Below the pieces are notes generated by a model, which worked only from the letters and a program-made list of their open reading frames with translations, made no database searches and was not told the DNA's origin. This document shows positions 10,901 to 20,160 of a stretch of DNA of 64,000 nucleotides, piece by piece. Numbering within the stretch: position 1 is the stretch's first letter; each line of letters opens with the position of its first letter. A program made the position numbers and the translations under genes. This DNA comes from a virus, in IMG/VR virus record IMGVR_UViG_3300036863_000086, positions 8,477 to 72,476 of that record, one strand, 5' to 3'.

Positions 10901-11334
10901 ACTTTCGCGGAGTCCTTGACCTTAATGTCAGTCGAAGAGAAGATGTCGAACAGCGCGGCGTTCAGCGACTCAATTGGAACAGGGATCACTTTGGCAACGT
11001 TGATGGAGATTTGTTCAAGCTGCTTGACAGATACCTGGCCATTGTGAACCTGTGTCGCAGCAAGCGCAGCGCTCTTCTCAAATTCCATCGAAGCATCGGC
11101 CAGCTTCTTGATACCAATAAGACCGCCGATACCAAGTGCAGTAATACCAATACCTGCGGTGGTAGCAATTCGTCCGACCTGTTCAAGCCGCTGCCCAACT
11201 GCGTAAAATTGCCTGTCAAGTCTTGTGGCATGCCTGCCTAGTCCGCCAAACTGCTTCCCAACGCCAATGAGCGTTTGAGAAGTCAGGTCTCGCGCACGAA
11301 GGATAATCCACAGGTCACGCGAATTAAACGGCAT
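7909..11334 (-). CDS. Tape measure protein with C-terminal lytic transglycosylase domain
   Basis: ~1140 aa; Trp/Phe 11-aa periodic repeats; EAGYNVHATNPSSGAYGIPQALP...YIRGRYG SLT-like motif; start MPFNSRD after GAGG. Confidence 0.9.
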   Translation of the reverse strand: MPFNSRDLWIILRARDLTSQTLIGVGKQFGGLGRHATRLDRQFYAVGQRLEQVGRIATTAGIGITALGIGGLIGIKKLADASMEFEKSAALAATQVHNGQVSVKQLEQISINVAKVIPVPIESLNAALFDIFSSTDIKVKDSAKVLLQFSRAAVAGQDDIISVGRTAIAILNSWDLPLSSLTHIFDVQFKMVQLGVGTYKQFAGVLGRAIPSVRATGQSFEFLAGTMAFLTRRGQSVAMAAVGIARLSDMFRRADTVQGLKDIGKEAIKAAKFIGQKLAPDTIKWLKGFSINLLDAHGKMRPINTLLTEMAPAFAKLQAPARAGLFKDVFGAQGTIQARRFFDLAIDHTKQLNQFIRDVGNSAGATKKAYTTMAQTFAAKSQLLKNNWQILKIELGNELIPILSRFITQLTKVVQWFVNLSPHTKKLIGYFLLFASVMAIVGGIMLTIIGVFAMLVGSIAVVIGSIGAGLAGAIAIVAGLTVVVIIAIIALTIVIIKYHKAIWAFMVRIWRDIVTFVIRIWNDIKTFFIRIWNDIATFAVRIWDDVAKFFTDLWHSAQDIAEGVWNSIVSFLKDRWEFAKKTTVDAWNAVLGFLKAVWKIIRIAFAVFLALLLLPWTTLWSVFGKQLTAAWHSFVATLKLVWKIIADFFKAQWAVAVVLWRNLWESFKIIGAAFWRAINTSFRFVWLQIKRFFLDQWAVFVVLWKNLWESFRIVGMAFWRAINTAFRFVWGQIKTFFTSQWDIIKTLWKNLWESFRILAKQGWGTISRLVKGAWKLIMDFFKNQLTPFKTIWKNLVESFRIIWNSIKGIFSGPVNWVISHVLNPFIRTLDRISKKLGVGLNIPEIPLLGGGGTQRGTSGSGRRVAAGGMVRGLGGPRADLINAWLSNGEFVVNAAATSRHRQLLEAINANQFASGGIVGAVTDPIGTAVNVALHRLPGGDVVHRLISWLAHKFISAIAGAAEQKLGSITQGVGIAFGINQKFKSVKDLAYQMIVQAFGISQWRPFDLLEMREAGYNVHATNPSSGAYGIPQALPASKLPRAAFSSDVMTAAFAQLAWMIQYIRGRYGTPAGAWAHEVAHNWYDRGGYLPPGVSIAVNRTGKPERVLPPDKSGVTQIFNIQTQEINPVYHAQRLGWEIANRG

Positions 11335-11335
11335 G

Positions 11336-11590
11336 CTACCTCGACTGGCGCTTCGCCTTCGCTTCCATTTCAGCAGCTTCTTTTTCTTGGCGCTTCTGGT
11401 CAAGCTCGATAATTATTGCGAGTTGATTGACATATTTCCAGTCTTGATCGAGAAGCCCACCATCACGTGGAAGGCAGCGCATTGCTTGGCACATGCGCGT
11501 TAGCTTGACAGTTACAAGAACCTCATCATCGAATTTCGATGTATCAGGTGCGCTCTTGACAATTAGCTGTTCTGCTTGGCGGAAAAATTT
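11336..11590 (-). CDS. Tail assembly chaperone -1 frameshift extension (gpGT-like)
   Basis: Slippery heptamer A AAT TTT at 11590-11584; -1 frame is open to TAG at 11336 and encodes LPRDGGLLDQD. Confidence 0.7.
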   Translation of the reverse strand, partial: KFFRQAEQLIVKSAPDTSKFDDEVLVTVKLTRMCQAMRCLPRDGGLLDQDWKYVNQLAIIIELDQKRQEKEAAEMEAKAKRQSR

Positions 11591-11955
11591 TCCTGCTCAT
11601 CTTCCTGCCACTCATGCCGCTTGTTGATCAGCTCGCCAAGCTCATTGCCGACCTTCGGATGCAAGTCAGCAAGATCCTTGGGATTCGAAAAGTTATACTT
11701 ACGGCCAGTCGCGTCTTCCAAGTTATGGTCGATAATGCAATGCTCAAACTCAAACTTAGCAAGATCCTGGTTGTTCATCGTCAGGCTTGCCATGTTCTGC
11801 CTGCCACGCCCAGCCATTTCAAGTTGTACGGACATGACAATGTCCTGACGCTTCTGCCATTCACCAAAGGTCATGGTGCGCAGCTCGACGAATGCGCCAG
11901 GACAAGATTTCAGCTCAATGCGCTCGGTGTCCCGAGATGCTGATGCATTTGGCAT
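11563..11955 (-). CDS. Tail assembly chaperone (gpG-like)
   Basis: Lies between tail tube and tape measure; slippery site near its end. Confidence 0.75.
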   Translation of the reverse strand: MPNASASRDTERIELKSCPGAFVELRTMTFGEWQKRQDIVMSVQLEMAGRGRQNMASLTMNNQDLAKFEFEHCIIDHNLEDATGRKYNFSNPKDLADLHPKVGNELGELINKRHEWQEDEQENFSAKQNS

Positions 11956-11982
11956 GTTAGCTCCCTTCTAGCCTGCCAAATT

Positions 11983-13317
11983 TTATGGGTACAAAACCTC
12001 TTGTGTTTTCACCACCACGTTGTAGGAAGTTCCTGATCCCTGACTGAACATGACCATAAGTTCTTGGCTTGCGCGAACAAGATCGCCCTGGCTGCCAAGG
12101 CTGACTTCGTAGGTGTCGCGCACGTTGCTTGGCATCACAAATGAGAATCCGTTGATTGTACTGGAGAATGGGAATGTCCTGGCCGCAGTAATCGTCGTGC
12201 TTGTTGCTGTCACACTCTTGAAGTTGTCGTACTCTGTGCGATCTGGGAAGTCACGCTCGAAGCTAAGTTTTGCATCGCGCTGGCCGAACTTAATGTACTG
12301 CGCGCCACGTCCTGTGTTCTTCAAACGGAACTGCGGTTCAGCGTTGTCTTCCACAGAGAAGTCAAAACCGTCAACATCGAAAATCTGTGTCGCTGTAGGA
12401 ATTTCAAAGCTCCACGTTCCAGCGCCATAGGGAACCGAGGTTGTCGAGTAGGTTGGCGTTGGCAAGGTCTGCACTGCCTCGTCACTACCAACAACTGAGG
12501 CTTTGAACATCAGTTGTCCATCAGTAACGGTAAACGACCAGGAGCCGGTCACACAACCAACGTACCCAAAGACCACGTTATTTCGAACCACCGTGATGCT
12601 GAGTGTTCGGCCAGAAGATCCTGTGGCAGTTGGCGTTCCAGTATAGACCAAGTTCGGCGCAGTTCCAGACTTCACAAGCGTCATACGGCCACACATTAGG
12701 AAGTACGGCACCACATCGTCAAGTGCCTCAATTTCGAGGTCGCCTTCAACGAAGGTGTTTCCTGCCACAGCACCAAAGATGTCAACGAGCTGGCGAAGAC
12801 CGCGACGATAAACGGTTGCTTGCGTGGTCTTCATATTCTCGCTCTGGAGTGGGAAAAACTTCGTTGGTGCAGTATAGACATTCGGCGTGCTTGCAGTATT
12901 CGATGTTGGAAACGCGCCTGATGGGGTACCAGGAGTCGTGTCAATGTCGGTGGTCACGGCGCCAACTGTTTTATACAGCAGCTCAGTTCCCGAGGCACCG
13001 CCAGCCGCCGTTTTGTAAAGTTTGTAGCCAGTCGCGCCAACCACCGCAGTCCAAGTGACCGTGACGGTCGATGTCGAGCCGGTCGTAACAATTGACCGCT
13101 CGTAGAAGGTACCACCAGACGTGCCGCCGTTATCGGCAATACCATGCGATTCGCCATTCGCGTTAATTGCCGTGATGAGATACCGATAGGTACCAGCAGC
13201 AATGGTACCACCAGTGCTAGCAGTAGCAATTGTTGATTGCAGTGGTGGGCTAAGCTGCTCAACAGCAATGCCAACGATACCGCCGCCGCCAATGCCATAC
13301 GTAACGATTAGGACCAC
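11983..13317 (-). CDS. Major tail tube protein
   Basis: 444 aa in canonical position; GDLEIE, FGYVGC motifs, with N-terminal fibronectin-like insertion; start codon uncertain. Confidence 0.8.
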   Translation of the reverse strand: MVLIVTYGIGGGGIVGIAVEQLSPPLQSTIATASTGGTIAAGTYRYLITAINANGESHGIADNGGTSGGTFYERSIVTTGSTSTVTVTWTAVVGATGYKLYKTAAGGASGTELLYKTVGAVTTDIDTTPGTPSGAFPTSNTASTPNVYTAPTKFFPLQSENMKTTQATVYRRGLRQLVDIFGAVAGNTFVEGDLEIEALDDVVPYFLMCGRMTLVKSGTAPNLVYTGTPTATGSSGRTLSITVVRNNVVFGYVGCVTGSWSFTVTDGQLMFKASVVGSDEAVQTLPTPTYSTTSVPYGAGTWSFEIPTATQIFDVDGFDFSVEDNAEPQFRLKNTGRGAQYIKFGQRDAKLSFERDFPDRTEYDNFKSVTATSTTITAARTFPFSSTINGFSFVMPSNVRDTYEVSLGSQGDLVRASQELMVMFSQGSGTSYNVVVKTQEVLYP

Positions 13318-13766
13318 CTCCTAACACGAGTCTTCTCAAATTCCTTTGAGGTGGCTGCCCGACACGTTTTGCATCCACGGCGCCCATCTGGACGCCAATA
13401 TGTATTTGCATCGTCAAACGGATGCTCACGCTTGCATGACGTGTCGTTCCGCTTGTTAATCCAAGTACCAACGCCACGCTTGAGATTTTCTTCCCAAGTC
13501 ACAGGCTCAAGATGGTCGGGGCGAACACAAAGCCGATTTCGGCAAAGGTGATCGAGTTCCATGCCATTCGGAATCGGCCCAGTCCAAAGTTCATATGCAT
13601 AACGATGGGCCATATATTTCGTAGCGGAGTTAACAGCAAAGCGCCCATAACCGCCACGAGCCTGCCCACCTCGCCATTCCCAGCATTCATTACCAGCAGT
13701 CGGAAACGGCACGTAGTTCATAAACCGGCGATCAACATCAGTGTATCCGCCGGTGGCCATAGGCAT
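13308..13766 (-). CDS. HNH homing endonuclease
   Basis: CWEW..GYG..AHRYAYEL..GPIP..LDHLCRNRLCVRPDHLEPVT..N; C-terminal CKREH..CKTC zinc motif. Confidence 0.9.
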   Translation of the reverse strand: MPMATGGYTDVDRRFMNYVPFPTAGNECWEWRGGQARGGYGRFAVNSATKYMAHRYAYELWTGPIPNGMELDHLCRNRLCVRPDHLEPVTWEENLKRGVGTWINKRNDTSCKREHPFDDANTYWRPDGRRGCKTCRAATSKEFEKTRVRRWS

Positions 13767-14039
13767 CTACTCTTTCACCTCCTTCGCTGGCTCGGTGGCG
13801 TCAGCCTTCGCTTTTGCCTTGAGCTTCGGAGCTTCAACTTTTTTCTCAGCAACCGTGATGAGCGAATCATGCTCGAACGCATCAAGCAGCGACCGTCCGT
13901 GGAATGCTTGGAATACGATCTGCGCATCATCACTGACATCAATTGACCCGCCGTTTTTCACAACGCCGAGCCCAGAGATTTCGACCTCCTCGCCGAGAGG
14001 GCGGCCTGGAAGATTCAGACTCACAACCAAATCGGGCAC
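13767..14039 (-). CDS. Hypothetical protein
   Basis: 90-aa ORF in head-tail region. Confidence 0.6.
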   Translation of the reverse strand: MPDLVVSLNLPGRPLGEEVEISGLGVVKNGGSIDVSDDAQIVFQAFHGRSLLDAFEHDSLITVAEKKVEAPKLKAKAKADATEPAKEVKE

Positions 14040-14055
14040 GTTCCCTCACCGCCCT

Positions 14056-14484
14056 TCATATCATTGCCTTCGACAAGCCTTCCCACGTCAGCCTATGCGC
14101 ACGAAGTTTGGCTCCAGACCGACGAGCAACGCCTGGCTCCATTCGCGTCACATTGCCATGAATAATAATGCCGTTCAACGTTTTGTTTTGATGAATAGCA
14201 TCACGTACCTGCTGCGCGTAAAGATCGGAATCCTTCTTGAGCTGTGACTGATCGACGATCTGCGCGTAGTAGACCATGATGGCGATATTGAATCGGTGTT
14301 CAAGGTAGAAGTTTGAAACTGGGTTCTGAATGTCAGTGGGAGCTGCCTCGACTGTTGTACATGGTGTGAATGGAATCCGATCCTGGTCGCCGTAGTAGAC
14401 TTCTTTAAGGTTCAACGACACGTCTGCCTTGAGCAGGTCGATAATCGCCTGGCAAACTTCGGATGGATCTTTTGTTAACGCCAT
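14056..14484 (-). CDS. Putative tail terminator
   Basis: Size and position; VYYGDQ..IP..P motif. Confidence 0.6.
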   Translation of the reverse strand: MALTKDPSEVCQAIIDLLKADVSLNLKEVYYGDQDRIPFTPCTTVEAAPTDIQNPVSNFYLEHRFNIAIMVYYAQIVDQSQLKKDSDLYAQQVRDAIHQNKTLNGIIIHGNVTRMEPGVARRSGAKLRAHRLTWEGLSKAMI

Positions 14485-15002
14485 CAGATCCCTGCGCTCC
14501 GTTTGTTCCAGTTCACAATAATAATGCCTTCAACCCATGCAGAGAAAATCGCTTCAATCCGCACTTGATCGTCGCGTTGCATGACAGCAAACGGACGCGC
14601 GGGGAAGTCGACATTGAAGAAATCCCTGCCGCCCTGATGAAGCATTCCGTACCATGCTGCGTTTGGTAGATTTGAAATAGATGCCTCATGGCCAGTGATC
14701 GTCCATCGAGCACGATGGCTCATCGCACCGAACAGTTGGCCAGATTCGACAAGAATGTCGCTCCCAAAGAGCCCACCCATCGTGCCCTGGCGCTCGCGTC
14801 GTGCGATCGTTTCCTCAGAAAGCGGCTGCCACGGAGGCCGGCCGCCTTCTTCAAAATTCTGTAAAATTGATGGAATAAGAACTCGGTCAACTGCCTTCGT
14901 CAGTGGCACTCTAAAGGTTCGAAAGCCTGCCGCGAGTTTCGCAAGATCAAACTCAAGCACCGCAAGCGGTGGAACGTAGTCGATCTTGAACTCAGTTGGC
15001 AT
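14484..15002 (-). CDS. Neck / virion morphogenesis protein (Mu gpG-like)
   Basis: NFEEGGRPPWQPLS..T, ILVESGQL, YGMLHQGG, PARPF motifs. Confidence 0.8.
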   Translation of the reverse strand: MPTEFKIDYVPPLAVLEFDLAKLAAGFRTFRVPLTKAVDRVLIPSILQNFEEGGRPPWQPLSEETIARRERQGTMGGLFGSDILVESGQLFGAMSHRARWTITGHEASISNLPNAAWYGMLHQGGRDFFNVDFPARPFAVMQRDDQVRIEAIFSAWVEGIIIVNWNKRSAGI

Positions 15003-15014
15003 ACAGGCTCCGTT

Positions 15015-15434
15015 TCAGAATGTTCCTGTCAGAGTTTCTGTCACGCCGTTCGTCGTATCAGTGATGGTCACGTCAGAGAAGACAACTGTCATTGGCGGCG
15101 AGCAGGATGGCTGGAAGACTGCTGTCACCGACAGCTCGAAGTCAGCCTTGCCGTTCTGGACAGGAAAATCACCAGCAGCATTCAATGACTCTTTGTTTGC
15201 TGCCTGTGGGTGGTTGTCACCAGGATTGATACAACTTGCAGTTGCGCTGAGAACAATGTGAACCTGCGCTTCGTCGCCAAGGCCAGCTTCTTTGCCACTT
15301 ACTGTCAACGTATTATCTGAACGAGCAACGCTGAGCTGGTCATCAACAAAATGCGGACTTCCTGCCAATGCGGCAGTCGTCGAACCGATTACCATAACTG
15401 CTGCCAATGCAAGTGCTGTAAAGAAACGTTTCAC
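15015..15434 (-). CDS. Secreted hypothetical protein (moron-like)
   Basis: Signal peptide MKRFFTALALAAV..AALA; SCINPG and CSPP cysteines. Confidence 0.65.
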   Translation of the reverse strand: MKRFFTALALAAVMVIGSTTAALAGSPHFVDDQLSVARSDNTLTVSGKEAGLGDEAQVHIVLSATASCINPGDNHPQAANKESLNAAGDFPVQNGKADFELSVTAVFQPSCSPPMTVVFSDVTITDTTNGVTETLTGTF

Positions 15435-15443
15435 AAACTCTCC

Positions 15444-15923
15444 CTAATAACGGTCGCCCATGCGGAACTTGATATCTTCCGAACCTGCACCAGCTCCAAC
15501 AATAAAACCAAGCGCGTCGACAATTGTATCGCTGCCAGTTAAATCGTTCGGATAGTATGCAGGGTCATTCGCTGTGATCGGCGTTGGATAATCAACAAGA
15601 ACAATCGTGCCGTTCAGTAGCGCCGTAATAATGCTCTCTGCCCATACTTCGAGCTTGTTGGCGTATTTATTTCCAGCATCGTCCTCTTCGGAGTACAGCT
15701 TGTTGTAGCGGTTCGCTGCAACCTTCGCGGAAATAACTACGCGAACAAGATTCGGCGTCGTGGCGTTATCAACCCAAGTTGCGACATTGTAGATTTGGCC
15801 CAGTTTCGCCAGGACATATGTCGAGACGTTGAATTCCTCTGGCAGCGTATCAGTTGCAGGCAGCTCAAGTTTCCCGGCGTCAAGCCAGGATTGAACTTCC
15901 GCAATCGTGACATGCAGCGCCAC
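15444..15923 (-). CDS. Head-tail adaptor
   Basis: Position after capsid genes, helical 159 aa. Confidence 0.6.
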   Translation of the reverse strand: MALHVTIAEVQSWLDAGKLELPATDTLPEEFNVSTYVLAKLGQIYNVATWVDNATTPNLVRVVISAKVAANRYNKLYSEEDDAGNKYANKLEVWAESIITALLNGTIVLVDYPTPITANDPAYYPNDLTGSDTIVDALGFIVGAGAGSEDIKFRMGDRY

Positions 15924-15926
15924 GAA

Positions 15927-16442
15927 TTATTCCTTTGTACCAGAGGTCTTCGCTCGAACTTGTGGTCCTGACTTTGGCTCAGCTTTTGGTGGTTCAGTTT
16001 TTGGTGGTTCTGCCTTCGGTGGTTCTGCCTTCGGTGGCTCAGTTTTTGGCGCAGCAGGTGTTTCAACCACAGGCTCTGGTTCGGTCTGCCCGACTTCCTG
16101 TGGCAGCAGCGCTGTCTGCGACTTGGGTGGTGCCGCATTCAGCGCCTTCTGCTGTGCTTCAAGAACGGCGCGCTGCGGGGATGACGCAAGTCGGACCTGC
16201 TGTTGCTGTGCTTCCACAGTTGCAGCTTCTTGAGCTGCTTGTGCTTCAGCAAGCGCAGTTTCTGCGCCATTTAGCGCATCCCAAACGTTCTTCGGAACCG
16301 CTGAGCCAATCTGGCGAAGAGTAAGAACCTCGTCATCGCTCATTTCAGATGGAAGCTCATCGCCTGACTCAAGCCAAAACTTACTCCCGTCCTTCGCTCC
16401 ATAGCTAATGGGGAATCTGGCAACAAACAGCTCCTTGGCCAT
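15927..16442 (-). CDS. Hypothetical protein with PK(A/T)EP repeats
   Basis: Five tandem 15-bp repeats at ~15975-16050. Confidence 0.65.
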   Translation of the reverse strand: MAKELFVARFPISYGAKDGSKFWLESGDELPSEMSDDEVLTLRQIGSAVPKNVWDALNGAETALAEAQAAQEAATVEAQQQQVRLASSPQRAVLEAQQKALNAAPPKSQTALLPQEVGQTEPEPVVETPAAPKTEPPKAEPPKAEPPKTEPPKAEPKSGPQVRAKTSGTKE

Positions 16443-16459
16443 AGCCCAATCCCTTCTTA

Positions 16460-17443
16460 TTAGGCGACGGCAGCTTTGATCAGGTAACCAGCAATAATTT
16501 TTCCAGATGCGTCCTGTGCAGGGGTTTTCAAGTCATAGCGCCGAGAAACACGAATAATGTCTGACTTACGGTTATTCTCGCGCCAGCGGTCTGCAACCTG
16601 TGGTGTTCCACCGCCGTAGCCCCAGACAATTTCGTAGGCGAATGCCGGGATTTTCAGCCCAGGGTTTGGTGGCACCCAAGCAACCACAACGTCCTTACCC
16701 CACAGGTAGCCGAGAACTGGGGTTTGGCCCATTGCTGCGGTGTTCTGCCCTGCCATCGGGATGATGATGTTGGGAATTCCCAAAATCGAACCAATGATGT
16801 CAGGCGTCATCACGCCACGCTCGGAATACTTGATGCGCTCGATGAAGTCAGGGTGGTCTTCGAGAATCGAGATGACCTGATAGGGAACGACAGCGGTGTT
16901 TGGGTCAGAGAAAAGGTTCGAGTTAATCGCACGAATTGCCGTGCGGAAGTCAGAAATCGGGTTGGAGTTCACGTAGTCCGACCACTGGCTTGTACCAGAC
17001 AGTGTGACCGTCATCGTTGTACCAGTTGTTGAATAGTTTGCCGCAGTCGTGACGAGGTTCTTCATGAGCACTTCGCGGCCCAAAAGGACTTTCTGGGTCA
17101 CAAGGTAGGTGCCGTCCTCGTCTGGCGAGAATGGCGAATCGGCGTTGTCGCGCTCCTCGTCAGTCACGGCAATTTGCAGCGAGTGCTCGACCGCAAAGTA
17201 GCTGTCGGTCGAGACGACGTAACCGGGAATTTCGTTCGCCTCGGTGCCAGGCGCACGAACGTCGAGGTGGGTGGACCATGCTTCGCGGCCGAAGATGTAG
17301 TACTTGTTCGACTGCTTCTGGACGGTCACCTGTGGAAAGAGGCGGTTCCCAACGAATTCGTTGTTTGGGAAGCCGACTGAAATCTTGGTAAGCGCAACAT
17401 CGATGTGGATGTTGCCGCCACCCCTTGGGTCATAAACGGCCAT
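16460..17443 (-). CDS. Major capsid protein
   Basis: 327 aa after cement gene; IHIDVALT, LFPQVTV, RAPGTEAN, SQWSD..SNPI, LWGKD motifs. Confidence 0.85.
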   Translation of the reverse strand: MAVYDPRGGGNIHIDVALTKISVGFPNNEFVGNRLFPQVTVQKQSNKYYIFGREAWSTHLDVRAPGTEANEIPGYVVSTDSYFAVEHSLQIAVTDEERDNADSPFSPDEDGTYLVTQKVLLGREVLMKNLVTTAANYSTTGTTMTVTLSGTSQWSDYVNSNPISDFRTAIRAINSNLFSDPNTAVVPYQVISILEDHPDFIERIKYSERGVMTPDIIGSILGIPNIIIPMAGQNTAAMGQTPVLGYLWGKDVVVAWVPPNPGLKIPAFAYEIVWGYGGGTPQVADRWRENNRKSDIIRVSRRYDLKTPAQDASGKIIAGYLIKAAVA

Positions 17444-17465
17444 TTAGTTGCTTTCGCCTCCTTCC

Positions 17466-17849
17466 TTAGATCGTTGCGCCAGGTGTCAGCAGCACGTCGA
17501 TGATGTCGTTGACAACGCCACCAGAAACTGCAATGCCAACGACCTTGTCAAGCGCTGTGGTGGTTGTTATCACTTTGCCTGTAGCATCGACTTTGACCTT
17601 GTCACCGACAGCAACAGTTCCACCGCAAACCGCTTTGCTGATGCCAAGGATGCGAACATCCGCAACCTGCTTTGCGAGGTCAGCCGTTGCAACTGGCTGC
17701 TGAATAATGCCGATGGCAAGATCAGTCAGGCCAGTAACCGGTGTTACCTGCTCTGGCTGGCCAGCAACCTGCTTCACAGCTTGAAACTGTGTTGCCGCAG
17801 TTGTGACGACAGTAAAACCTTTGTCGAGCACATAGTTTGGCCCGGGCAA
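17466..17849 (-). CDS. Capsid cement/decoration protein (DUF2190-like)
   Basis: Val/Gly-rich; CGGTVAVGDKV..DATGK, VVGIA, DIIDVLL. Confidence 0.75.
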   Translation of the reverse strand: MPGPNYVLDKGFTVVTTAATQFQAVKQVAGQPEQVTPVTGLTDLAIGIIQQPVATADLAKQVADVRILGISKAVCGGTVAVGDKVKVDATGKVITTTTALDKVVGIAVSGGVVNDIIDVLLTPGATI

Positions 17850-18485
17850 TTACTTCACCTCGCCTTCAATGAACGTGGCGTTCCTGTAGGCGGTGTAAAG
17901 CGACGGGTTGTCGCGCGAAAGCTGCCGAACAGCATCGGCGTAGGAAAGCTGGTTTTCTGCCATCCGACGCTGCACACCAATGTTGAACTGCTGCACCGGG
18001 TCGTCAATGTGCTGCAACTCGAAATCAGTGTCGGTACGGCCGCGCTCGCCAAGCTCGACGAGGCCCTTTTCCTTCACCTCAGCAAACAGCTTGATGATGT
18101 CATCAGCAAGCGGCTTCGGCGACTTAATGAGAAGCTGAAGCAGCTTTTCCTGAGCTGGCACCGGCAGTACATAGCCCTTGCCCTCGGAAAGTTGCTGCAC
18201 CGCAGCATTTGCCTCGGACAGACGAAGCGATGCTTCGAGCTTGTCGTTGTGCTCACGAAGCGTCTTCACGACATCGTTCATCTTTTCGAGCTGCGCAGCC
18301 TCGTCCTGCTCGCGCAGGCCCTTAATGACGGCGTCCAGCCCTTCAAGCGTTGGGTCGCCGCCATTATTGCCGTTGTTGCCATTGCCTGGCGGAGTAATTC
18401 GCTCCGACAGCTTCTGTGCAACGTCGTCTTCAGTCGCGTCGTCAGAAAGTCCAAAGGACTTCTTCAGAACGTCAACAAGCGACAT
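17850..18485 (-). CDS. Scaffolding protein
   Basis: Coiled-coil between protease and capsid; C-terminal SYADAV...NPSLY. Confidence 0.7.
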   Translation of the reverse strand: MSLVDVLKKSFGLSDDATEDDVAQKLSERITPPGNGNNGNNGGDPTLEGLDAVIKGLREQDEAAQLEKMNDVVKTLREHNDKLEASLRLSEANAAVQQLSEGKGYVLPVPAQEKLLQLLIKSPKPLADDIIKLFAEVKEKGLVELGERGRTDTDFELQHIDDPVQQFNIGVQRRMAENQLSYADAVRQLSRDNPSLYTAYRNATFIEGEVK

Positions 18486-19124
18486 CTATTTCCTCCCCTC
18501 AAGTTGAGAAGTGAAAAGCCGGCCGATCCATTGCTCGTCCTTAGCGAGGCGTTCGACCAGCAGTTTGTGTTCCTCACGTAGCACTTTCACTTCGTCGCTG
18601 AGGGTTATAAGAGCGTCGTCTGGTTCATGATCTAAAGGTGCCACCAGTAGCGGCGTGATTTCTGCCATCGTGATCGGGAGGAGATCCTTCAGAAATGGAC
18701 GGTTTGTGAGTGCTGCGCCAAAGAGCACGTCCTTATGCGTCTCACCTGTCCTTTCGTGGGTCCACTCATCCCGATATTCAGGCGAGAGATATTTGTACTC
18801 GCCATCTTTAACGGCTTTCTCGCCTTCTGGCGTGAACTCCACAGCAATCCACAGGCCATTAGAGCGTAGGTCAGCATCCTTGATCCAGCCCGCAGCCTTG
18901 CTGCCCTTGGCCGGGTCATTCTTGTGCTCGTAGTCAATATCCAGCTCAACGCCACGCACCTTACTCTTAATATTCTGGGCGAATTGGCGGAGCCGATCAA
19001 ACGTAAAGTCGATCTTTCCCCACGTCGGATGGTTGTACGTGCCGACCGTCATCGCGTGCAACCAAGTTCGCCCGCCATCGGCGAGCTGAGTAGAAGAAAG
19101 ATCGATAGTGTAGGAGAAATCCAC
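18486..19124 (-). CDS. Mu-like prohead protease (gpI family)
   Basis: IDYEH, AAGWI, EYKYLSPE, GAALTNRPFL motifs. Confidence 0.9.
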   Translation of the reverse strand: MDFSYTIDLSSTQLADGGRTWLHAMTVGTYNHPTWGKIDFTFDRLRQFAQNIKSKVRGVELDIDYEHKNDPAKGSKAAGWIKDADLRSNGLWIAVEFTPEGEKAVKDGEYKYLSPEYRDEWTHERTGETHKDVLFGAALTNRPFLKDLLPITMAEITPLLVAPLDHEPDDALITLSDEVKVLREEHKLLVERLAKDEQWIGRLFTSQLEGRK

Positions 19125-19196
19125 GCGCGAATTCCTTTCTGATTGACAGTGTGTCAGATTGCGCGTCGGCTTTGCAAGTTAGAGCTAATGATATAG

Positions 19197-19826
19197 CTAA
19201 ACGCCAACCGAATGAATCACCCAGCCGTTTGGCGTCACGGTAATTAAGCTGTATGCCAATTCTGGTGCAGCGCCACCTCGGCCATCAACAATGAGTGGAC
19301 CCCAAGGTGCGAACTGAACCGTAAAGCCATGATAATGACCAGCAAACATTGCATCCGCACGGTCTTTTAATGTTTCAACTAGCCAATCCGCGTCAGGGTT
19401 TTCGCCGCCTTCGACCATACCATGACGGTTTTCATTGCCATCTGGTAGCACAATTGGACACGGAGGCATGTGAGCAAAGACGAATTCATATGGCGTTGTC
19501 TTTGGCACACCAAGATAGGACTTTCCCGTCTCTGTCAATCTGCCCGTAGAGTTATCTAACCCAATCAGCATCGTAAGCCCATCCGATGTCTGGTATTTCC
19601 ACTCTCTCGCGCAGCCAATCGAGTCATACTCAGCATCGTGGTTGCCAGGAACGGGAAAAAACTTGTACCCAGAGGTAAGCACTCGTGAGCGAACTTGCTC
19701 ATACGCTGGCATGAGATCGCCCACCTGGACAACATAATCACAGGCAATAAGCGCGCTATCAAGGACGGCGGAGAGCCGTGCAGGATCTCCACCAGAAAGA
19801 TCGCCAACTACGCCGATTTTTGTCAT
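19197..19826 (-). CDS. Metallophosphoesterase (calcineurin-like)
   Basis: VVGD, VGD, PGNHD, AHMP, AGHYH motifs; start MTKIGVVGD. Confidence 0.85.
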   Translation of the reverse strand: MTKIGVVGDLSGGDPARLSAVLDSALIACDYVVQVGDLMPAYEQVRSRVLTSGYKFFPVPGNHDAEYDSIGCAREWKYQTSDGLTMLIGLDNSTGRLTETGKSYLGVPKTTPYEFVFAHMPPCPIVLPDGNENRHGMVEGGENPDADWLVETLKDRADAMFAGHYHGFTVQFAPWGPLIVDGRGGAAPELAYSLITVTPNGWVIHSVGV

Positions 19827-19827
19827 T

Positions 19828-20160
19828 TCACACATTCTCCACAATGAAATCGCCGTGCTGCAATGTTTGCGGATGTGCTGCAATGACGGAATTGATCTTG
19901 TACCAATAGACGCCAGGATTTGCTGTCGCGGCAGTTGTGACCTGGACGGTAAACTTCCCATTTGGTGCATCGGTGATCGTCGCTGTGATCGTTGCCATCG
20001 CTGAGCCATCAGCGGTATTTTTCGTCGCCTTGACGTACATGGTCACGGCTGACCCAGTAAGATCGAAGGGACTTGTACTGCCATCTGGATTCCGCTTTTG
20101 CGCGGTAATCGTCAGGAGTGGCTCGTTCCCCTCTTGGACCTTTAGTGGTATAAGGCTCAC
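19828..20160 (-). CDS. BppU-like / Ig-like virion protein
   Basis: PFDLTGS, ITDAPNG, GVYWY motifs. Confidence 0.55.
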   Translation of the reverse strand: MSLIPLKVQEGNEPLLTITAQKRNPDGSTSPFDLTGSAVTMYVKATKNTADGSAMATITATITDAPNGKFTVQVTTAATANPGVYWYKINSVIAAHPQTLQHGDFIVENV

